Part shown: piece by piece, positions 8,947 to 14,425 of the stretch
How positions within the stretch are numbered: the stretch's first letter is position 1
How the letters are laid out: each line of letters starts with the position of its first letter
IMG/VR virus record: IMGVR_UViG_3300020577_010931
Span: 1-64,000 of that record
DNA length: 64,000 nucleotides
Origin: a virus
Taxonomy: Duplodnaviria; Caudoviricetes
Strand: one strand, 5' to 3'
Position numbers and translations under genes: made by a program
Notes under the pieces: generated by a model
Told to the model about the DNA's origin: nothing
Database searches by the model: none
Seen by the model: only the letters and a program-made list of their open reading frames with translations

Positions 8947-9167
8947 TGCACAGCGTCTGGGCTATGGTCGTGGCGAGCGTCCTTAACGGGACGCCCGCTA
9001 ATCCGTACACGACTCTCTTCGACGAGAGGAGCTCGTGTGAGACCGAGGCTGGGAGGATCAACGATCTTCCGCCGGAGGTTTTTCGAAATCAGACTGGTGG
9101 AGTCCTGGGATGGCGGGACACGATTGCTGTCTGTATCGAGGTCTTTCCTGAGATGCTCTCAGACTAG
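8946..9167 (+). CDS. Small exported two-Cys protein
   Basis: Hydrophobic N-terminus, F..C..C spacing. Confidence 0.6.
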   Translation: MHSVWAMVVASVLNGTPANPYTTLFDERSSCETEAGRINDLPPEVFRNQTGGVLGWRDTIAVCIEVFPEMLSD

Positions 9168-9203
9168 AGGGGCATTCTGGTAAAGTGCTCAGCGTGAGTT
9201 GAT

Positions 9204-9261
9204 TGAGCATGCGGTGTGAGCTCGCCTGTGGCACTGTACCCCTGCCGCAACAAGGCGGCAT
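9204..9261 (+). promoter_or_regulatory. Early promoter cassette copy 5
   Basis: TGAGCA-N9-AGCTCG-N7-CACTGT, hairpin TGCCGC/GCGGCA, GGAG. Confidence 0.8.
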
Positions 9262-9278
9262 CTTACGGAGATCGTATC

Positions 9279-9746
9279 GTGTCGAATTTCAGCAACGCGC
9301 ACCTCACGGCCGCCATGGCCGTCCTCTCGCAGGGCATGGCTCTCTCGGAGATCTCGGGAGACGGTTTCGTCTACAACGGTCTCAACATCCAGGAGTTGGA
9401 GGAGGATCAGCCGGGCGGCTTCCTCCTGGGTCTCCTGGAGGATGAGAAGGCCCCCTACATCGCCCGGTGCTTCAACGGCGTGACGTTGCTGCACTCGGAG
9501 ATCAAGGGCCTCAACTATCGCTACAAGGCCGCGCACCCCTCATACGAGGGGCTCCAGGATCTCGGCAAGACCATCCTGGTGGTGCGCGTCTGGGATGACG
9601 AAGATGGGGCCAACACCATCTTCGCCGTCTGGACTGATCACGAGGTGTCCCTGCCCTGGGCCGAGATGGCGGCCCACATGCAGGCGGACATCGCCAAGGA
9701 CAAGATCATGGTGCCGGTGGTCGGCACGGACGGCTTCGCCGTCTAA
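9279..9746 (+). CDS. Hypothetical protein, possible distant member of the tandem cassette family
   Basis: GGAG then GTG at 9279; weak similarity to 10611/11123. Confidence 0.7.
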   Translation: MSNFSNAHLTAAMAVLSQGMALSEISGDGFVYNGLNIQELEEDQPGGFLLGLLEDEKAPYIARCFNGVTLLHSEIKGLNYRYKAAHPSYEGLQDLGKTILVVRVWDDEDGANTIFAVWTDHEVSLPWAEMAAHMQADIAKDKIMVPVVGTDGFAV

Positions 9747-9809
9747 CCCTCAACGGCCGGCGGGAGCATCAGCTTCCGCCGGGCAACTTTCAGCTAGAGA
9801 GTATCAGAC

Positions 9810-9989
9810 GTGAACACCTTCTATCTCATCCTTCTCGTGCTCACCGGCGACGGCGGCCGAGACAGCTACGTCATCGACTACGCCTTCACCCAGGAGGACT
9901 GCCAGCGCGAGCTCGCGTCGGAGACGCCGTTCACCGAGCCGGGCAACGTGCTCGTGTGTTCCTCGAACCCCGAGGCATACGTGAACTGA
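9810..9989 (+). CDS. 59-aa exported two-Cys protein
   Basis: MNTFYLILLVL..F...C..C; below the ORF-track cutoff. Confidence 0.55.
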   Translation: MNTFYLILLVLTGDGGRDSYVIDYAFTQEDCQRELASETPFTEPGNVLVCSSNPEAYVN

Positions 9990-9990
9990 T

Positions 9991-10048
9991 TGAGCTAGCG
10001 TTGGGAGCTCATACCGGGCACGCTGGGGGCGTGGCAATAGGGCCACAT
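9991..10048 (+). promoter_or_regulatory. Early promoter cassette copy 6
   Basis: TGAGCT-N9-AGCTCA-N7-CACGCT, hairpin GTGGC/GCCAC, GGAG. Confidence 0.85.
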
Positions 10049-10064
10049 CACAGGAGTGGATATC

Positions 10065-10493
10065 ATGTACCTCGCCAAAGACGGCATCGCCATCGCCCAC
10101 TGCATCTCGATGTTCTCGTGCCTCCAGTCCCTCGAGACCGAGGATCGGGGCGTCTTCATCCAGGACTTTGAGCCGGGGCTCGCCCTGGGCCAGGAGCTCT
10201 TCGAGATGCTCGACACGATGACGCCCCCGCTCGTGCTCCAGGTCGTCGGGAATCGGGAGCTCCACTTCGACAGGCACACCGTGACCCAGATCCATGAGGG
10301 TCGCGCCATCGAGCATCCCTACGCTCTGGTCCAGGTCGCGACCATCAAGAGCGGCGTGGCTATCTCGCGTCGCTACTACGTGGTGACCCAGGGCACCACG
10401 ACGCCTCAGCGTTTCGTCGAACTGATGGCCGAGGCCAAGCTCCACAAGGGCGTCACCTGGGATGACAACCTGGTCGCCTCCTGGATCGACTAG
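10065..10493 (+). CDS. Hypothetical protein, possible tandem cassette family member
   Basis: AGGAG then ATG at 10065. Confidence 0.75.
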   Translation: MYLAKDGIAIAHCISMFSCLQSLETEDRGVFIQDFEPGLALGQELFEMLDTMTPPLVLQVVGNRELHFDRHTVTQIHEGRAIEHPYALVQVATIKSGVAISRRYYVVTQGTTTPQRFVELMAEAKLHKGVTWDDNLVASWID

Positions 10494-10500
10494 GAGAAAC

Positions 10501-10534
10501 GGCCCCGGTGTCAAACGACTCCGGGGCCTTCTTT
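10501..10534 (+). terminator. Intrinsic terminator, homologous to the one at 11014-11047
   Basis: GGCCCCGG..GTCAAACG..CCGGGGCC then TTCTTT. Confidence 0.75.
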
Positions 10535-10590
10535 GAGTTAGCGGTACGAGCTCAGGCGCGGTACGCTTGGGGCGTGGCAGAAGGCCACGC
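10534..10590 (+). promoter_or_regulatory. Early promoter cassette copy 7
   Basis: TGAGTT-N9-AGCTCA-N7-TACGCT, hairpin GCGTGGC/GCCACGC, GGAG. Confidence 0.85.
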
Positions 10591-10610
10591 GCACAACGGA
10601 GCTCAGTGTC

Positions 10611-11006
10611 ATGCAAATCAACGGTTACGCTCTCATGGCCCTCTCGTCGGTGGCGACCTCTCAGGTGGCTCTTCGTCATCTCGCTTACGGGGTGGCGGGG
10701 GAGTTCCCTGTCGCCTTTCGTATGCTGGATGTCACCGGCACGGAGCTCGTTCTCACCTACGAGCGCGGCGGGGTGTCTCACGGTAAGTCCTGGCCCAATG
10801 GCATAACGGTGGAAGTCACGCCTCTGGCCATGGTCAACAAGGACTCGGTCATCGGCATGCAGGCTCTGGTTCATATGGTCGTGTGGGTGGGGGTGCCGGA
10901 CATCGGGCGTCGCGTCTTCGTGGGGTACGCCTGGAACTCCGGCGAAATGTCGGTGGAAGATGTCCGTGCGGGGCTGGCGCGGGGCGATCTCCGGCTCGGC
11001 CTGTAG
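10611..11006 (+). CDS. Hypothetical protein, paralogue of 11123-11518
   Basis: Shared YA..ALS.V.TS..A.RH..YG, PV....DVT, WP.G, VW.GVP, DL.L. Confidence 0.8.
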   Translation: MQINGYALMALSSVATSQVALRHLAYGVAGEFPVAFRMLDVTGTELVLTYERGGVSHGKSWPNGITVEVTPLAMVNKDSVIGMQALVHMVVWVGVPDIGRRVFVGYAWNSGEMSVEDVRAGLARGDLRLGL

Positions 11007-11046
11007 TCAGCAAGGCCCTGGGTCAAACGGCTCAGGGCCTTTTCTT

Positions 11047-11104
11047 TGACCTAGCCTTACGAGCTCACATGGGGCACGGTAGGGGTGCGGCAATAGGCCC
11101 GCAT
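11047..11104 (+). promoter_or_regulatory. Early promoter cassette copy 8
   Basis: TGACCT-N9-AGCTCA-N7-CACGGT, hairpin TGCGG/CCGCA, GGAG. Confidence 0.85.
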
Positions 11105-11122
11105 CATATGGAGCTCGGTATC

Positions 11123-11518
11123 GTGGAACTCAGCAGCTACGCCGTCCAGGCACTGTCCACCGTCATCACGTCGTCCAGGGCCATGCGTCACATCATGTAC
11201 GGTGACCTCTGTGCCATGCCCGTCAAGTGGGGCGTCATCGACGTCACGACCGACGCGGAGCTCCTGGGCGGCCATCCCGAGGGCGAGCGGCACTACGAAC
11301 TCATGTGGCCGCAGGGGCAAATGTCGGAGATCTATTTGGTCAAGGCCAGCCCGGACGGCTCGGACATCGCGGCCCACAACATCGTCGCCGTCTACGTCTG
11401 GCAGGGGGTGCCAAATGACAGTGATCTCATGTACGCCGCGTACATGTGGGACCTCCGGAACGTGACGGCACCGGACCTCACCGACATTCTCCGCCAGGCG
11501 GATCTCAAGCTGGTCTGA
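11123..11518 (+). CDS. Hypothetical protein, paralogue of 10611-11006
   Basis: GGAG then GTG at 11123; alignment as above. Confidence 0.8.
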   Translation: MELSSYAVQALSTVITSSRAMRHIMYGDLCAMPVKWGVIDVTTDAELLGGHPEGERHYELMWPQGQMSEIYLVKASPDGSDIAAHNIVAVYVWQGVPNDSDLMYAAYMWDLRNVTAPDLTDILRQADLKLV

Positions 11519-11541
11519 TCTCCGCCGGCCAGCTTTCACTG

Positions 11542-11571
11542 AGGGCGCCTCAGACGCTGAGGCGCCCTTTT
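11542..11571 (+). terminator. Intrinsic terminator
   Basis: AGGGCGCCTCAG/CTGAGGCGCCCT then TTT. Confidence 0.8.
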
Positions 11572-11689
11572 CCTCATTCTCGTGGTCTGAGCTCATGCCT
11601 GAGGTGGAGACTGAGCTCATGTTCCTGGGCTGAGCTCGGGCGTGGACCCAGAGGAAAAATCTGCTCAGGGGAGACGAAAACGAAAAGAT

Positions 11690-11749
11690 TGAGCTGGCTA
11701 TGTGAGGTCAAGGCGCCCATAGTGATCTTGCGTTGGGGGCAATAGAGCC
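11690..11749 (+). promoter_or_regulatory. Early promoter cassette copy 9
   Basis: TGAGCT-N9-AGGTCA-N7-CATAGT, hairpin GGGGGC/GCCCCC, AGGAG. Confidence 0.75.
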
Positions 11750-11774
11750 CCCCGCCCAAGGAGTACAGAGCACC

Positions 11775-12260
11775 ATGACCAAGTCCGTCTCCACCCGCGT
11801 CGCGTCCTCCAAGCCCGTCATGCTCGCCGGCCGCGCGCTCCCGCCCCGCCCCGAGGTGGCCGTCACGCGCATCGGCGCGAAGGGTGAGGCCACCCGCAAC
11901 CGTCCGGTCCTGAACGCGTCGATGAAGGACCGCGGGACGGGCCTCGCCAAGGAGAAGCTCGCGCTCTCCGGCGGCGACAAGGTCCTGCGTCCGGGTCGCG
12001 GCAACGGCTCCGGCGAGGACACCGTCTGGGGTCAGGTCCTCCTGGTCGCCAAGGGGCTGGCCTCGGCCTCCGAGGGCGGGACCTTCACCCTCCAGGCGCT
12101 CTACAACGCGCTCTTCGCGCACAACTGGAGCGCGCACAAGGTCGCGCCGAAGTACACCCCGGCCGAGCCCGAGGCGTACGCCGGCTGGATCGAGACGCTC
12201 GCGCGCGGCGCGACGGGCAAGCGGTTCCAGTGCGCGGAGGCCGTCGCCAAGGCCGCCTGA
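11775..12260 (+). CDS. Paralogue family member P3 (normal codon use)
   Basis: AGGAG then ATG at 11775; aligns over nearly its full length with P4. Confidence 0.88.
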   Translation: MTKSVSTRVASSKPVMLAGRALPPRPEVAVTRIGAKGEATRNRPVLNASMKDRGTGLAKEKLALSGGDKVLRPGRGNGSGEDTVWGQVLLVAKGLASASEGGTFTLQALYNALFAHNWSAHKVAPKYTPAEPEAYAGWIETLARGATGKRFQCAEAVAKAA

Positions 12261-12270
12261 CGGCTCGGCG

Positions 12271-12306
12271 GAGAGCCCTCACCCTCCTGGGTGGGGGCTT
12301 CTCTTT
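12271..12306 (+). terminator. Intrinsic terminator after P3
   Basis: AGCCCTCACCC/GGGTGGGGGCT then TCTCTTT. Confidence 0.7.
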
Positions 12307-12319
12307 GCCTGGAGGGCTT

Positions 12320-12645
12320 GAGCTCATTTTTCCGCCGGCTGCGATGGCCTCAGACTGAGGTTGAGGCTGAGCTCGTCTTTTGACGAAGTTGAGCTCGGTG
12401 GGCCGAAGTCAATTTCTCCGCCGGCTGCGAGGGGCTCAGACTCTCTCAATTTTTGAGCTCACGGCTGACGTCAGTTTGAGCTCCTGGGTCGAAGTCAAAA
12501 TCTCCGCCGGCTGCGAGGCGGAGCCCGGCAGGTAGAGACGCTGAGCTCGGTTTGAGCTCATTTCCGCCGGCTGCGAGGCGCTGAGCTCATTTTCTCCGCC
12601 GGCCGACTTCCCCTCAGACTCAGACTCAAATTTTTGAGCTCAAAA
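12320..12645. repeat. Non-coding array: 9x GAGCTC and 4x TCCGCCGGCTGCGA
   Basis: 14-mer at 12331, 12417, 12503, 12563 (partial 12595); GAGCTC at 12320, 12369, 12391, 12455, 12478, 12543, 12554, 12583, 12636. Confidence 0.85.
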
Positions 12646-12881
12646 CCGACTTTGACGGTTGGACCTCAAACACAACTTGGTGGTGTATTTTGAGGCCGGA
12701 CCGGGGTGGTTGCAAAACGCAACCAGTGTACAATGGTGCGGCGCACCATGGCTTATTGCCACTGCACAAATGTACAATACCCCCTGCCCCCGGCAGCGGG
12801 GTGCGCCACCATACCCCGCTGCCGGGTGCGCGTTGCATAAACCGTGCCAAGCGGGGGCAGCATAAAAACGCAAATACCCCC

Positions 12882-12937
12882 TTGGCAGGGGTGCGGGGTG
12901 CGCCTATGTAGGGGGTGCGGCCGTTGCCGCTGCCCCC
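12882..12937 (+). promoter_or_regulatory. Sigma70-like promoter of P4 with 5' hairpin
   Basis: TTGGCA-N17-TATGTA then GGGGGTGCGGC/GCCGCTGCCCCC. Confidence 0.5.
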
Positions 12938-12980
12938 GGCATGCCCGCCTGGGGTACCCCAAGCAAAGGTAGGTAACACC

Positions 12981-13625
12981 ATGGCCAAGCGTACCCCCGC
13001 CACCCCCCGCGCCACCCGCACCCCCAAGGTGGCCACCCCGGCCGCTGCCCCCGCCCCCGTGCTGGCCAGCGTGGCCAACCCGGCGCATGCCAAGGTGGCC
13101 AGCATGTTGCTGGCCAGCGCCACCCCCGGCGCCACGCTGGCCAATGCCCCCGCCACCCCGCTGCCCCCCGTGCTGGCCAGCGTGGCCACCCCGGCCGGGG
13201 TGGCGCTGCCCCCCGCCCCCAAGCATGCCGTTACCGTGGTTGCCCCGCTTGGGGTGGCCACCCGCAACGCGCCGCTGCTTAACGGGCACATGCACGCGGC
13301 CGGGGGCAAGTTGGCCACGGGCAACTTTGCGCTGCCCAATGGTAGCAACGTGCTGGTGGCAGCGGCCGGTAACGGCAGCAAAGCCGCTACCGTGTGGGGG
13401 CAGGTGGCCATTGTGGCCAAGGCACTACAGGTGGCCAGCGCCACGGGCACGTTTACGCGGCAGGCGCTTTACAATGCGCTGTATGCGCACAATTGGGCAG
13501 GGGCAGGTGTTACCCCCAAGTATACCCCCGCGCAGGCGGTAGCGTATGCGGGCTGGGTGGCCACGCTGGCAGCGGGGGCAACTGGCAAGCGTTTTAATTG
13601 CGCTGCCCCCGCCCCCAAGGCGTAA
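12981..13625 (+). CDS. Paralogue family member P4, Asp/Glu-free recoded copy of P3
   Basis: RBS AGGTAGGT, ATG at 12981, TAA stop; TVWGQV..QALYNAL.AHNW..PKYTP..AYAGW..GATGKRF.C shared with P3. Confidence 0.9.
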   Translation: MAKRTPATPRATRTPKVATPAAAPAPVLASVANPAHAKVASMLLASATPGATLANAPATPLPPVLASVATPAGVALPPAPKHAVTVVAPLGVATRNAPLLNGHMHAAGGKLATGNFALPNGSNVLVAAAGNGSKAATVWGQVAIVAKALQVASATGTFTRQALYNALYAHNWAGAGVTPKYTPAQAVAYAGWVATLAAGATGKRFNCAAPAPKA

Positions 13626-13632
13626 GGCGTGC

Positions 13633-13658
13633 GCGGGGGTGGCAGGCGCCACCCCCGC
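13633..13658 (+). terminator. GC hairpin after P4 (no U tract)
   Basis: GCGGGGGTGGC/GCCACCCCCGC. Confidence 0.5.
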
Positions 13659-13690
13659 AACACCTGCCACCCCAAGCAAAGGCCAAGGCC

Positions 13691-14008
13691 ATGCCCCGCC
13701 ACGCGCGCCCCTACACTGCCACCCGTGCCACCCGCACCCCCTGCGTGCAACGTACCGCGCACGCGCATGCCACCCTGCCCCCGCTGCCGTTGTGCCGCAC
13801 CAATGCGCGGGTGCAACGCAGTGTGGTGCGGGGCATGGCGTACGCCACCCGTGCCAAGCGTGGCGCGTTGCGCATGCCCCCGGCGCACGTTGCCGCGTAC
13901 ACGCGCGGCATGCCTGCCCCCCTGCGGCGCATGTATGCGGGTGCGTACACCCCGCACCCCCTGCCCCGTGCCATGGCATGGTGGCAGGCGGGGTACATGC
14001 CGTACTAG
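13691..14008 (+). CDS. Second island ORF, 105 aa, basic, no D/E
   Basis: Preceded by the same CCCCAAGCAAAGG leader as P4; TAG stop. Confidence 0.5.
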   Translation: MPRHARPYTATRATRTPCVQRTAHAHATLPPLPLCRTNARVQRSVVRGMAYATRAKRGALRMPPAHVAAYTRGMPAPLRRMYAGAYTPHPLPRAMAWWQAGYMPY

Positions 14009-14174
14009 CGTACGCGCGTACGCCTACCCTGTATGCTTTGCCCCCGGCGGGTGTACCGCCGGGGGCATTGCCGTACGTGTACCCCCCGGTATGGTACCTT
14101 TGCCGGGGGTATACCCCCGCCGCCGCCCGGCGCTCAGTGACTGCAGACCACAATCGATCTTTCGAAAACGGTTC

Positions 14175-14204
14175 TTGCCACGACCCTCCCCTCACGACTA
14201 TACT
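14175..14204 (+). promoter_or_regulatory. Sigma70-like promoter upstream of portal
   Basis: TTGCCA-N18-TATACT. Confidence 0.6.
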
Positions 14205-14329
14205 TCTTGAAGAGCCACCTCCCCAATGAAACGGGACCCGAGCCATGATTCCAAGTTTGACCATACCTGAAATCTCGACGATTCTCTCGAAATTTCTCTA
14301 CGATCTCGCCAATTAGATTGAGCATTCTC

Positions 14330-14411
14330 CTCCGTCGAATCTAAACCGTCGAATTCACTCCGTCGAATCTAAGTCACCGAACCCACCCTCGTCGAACCCA
14401 CCCTCATCGAA
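14330..14411. repeat. Six-unit 14-15 bp degenerate tandem repeat ((T/C)CGAA core)
   Basis: Core at 14335, 14349, 14363, 14377, 14392, 14407. Confidence 0.75.
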
Positions 14412-14425
14412 TCCGAGGTCATCAA

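Larger units (their letters stand above)
12700..14134. other. GA/TC-dinucleotide-free island
   Basis: Read base by base: last GA at 12699-12700, next TC at 14134-14135, none between. Confidence 0.97.

Noticed and set aside
7238-10874. Long minus-strand ORFs (e.g. 7238-8620, 9804-10874) and similar antisense ORFs over structural genes
   Set aside because: Shadow frames of GC3-biased plus-strand genes, without RBS or recognisable motifs
9204-11104. Sigma54 promoters suggested by GGCAC in several cassettes
   Set aside because: No TTGC at the -12 position and GGCAC is not conserved across copies; YAYNNT fits better
12700-14134. UV/pyrimidine-dimer avoidance or low complexity as the cause of the island
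   Set aside because: TT, CT and CC dipyrimidines remain plentiful, and 14 other dinucleotides are used; only GA/TC is missing
12626-14264. Many long overlapping ORFs on both strands in the island
   Set aside because: TGA (and minus-strand TGA via TCA) cannot occur, so frames stay open; only P4 has homology and an RBS, and 13691-14008 has a shared leader
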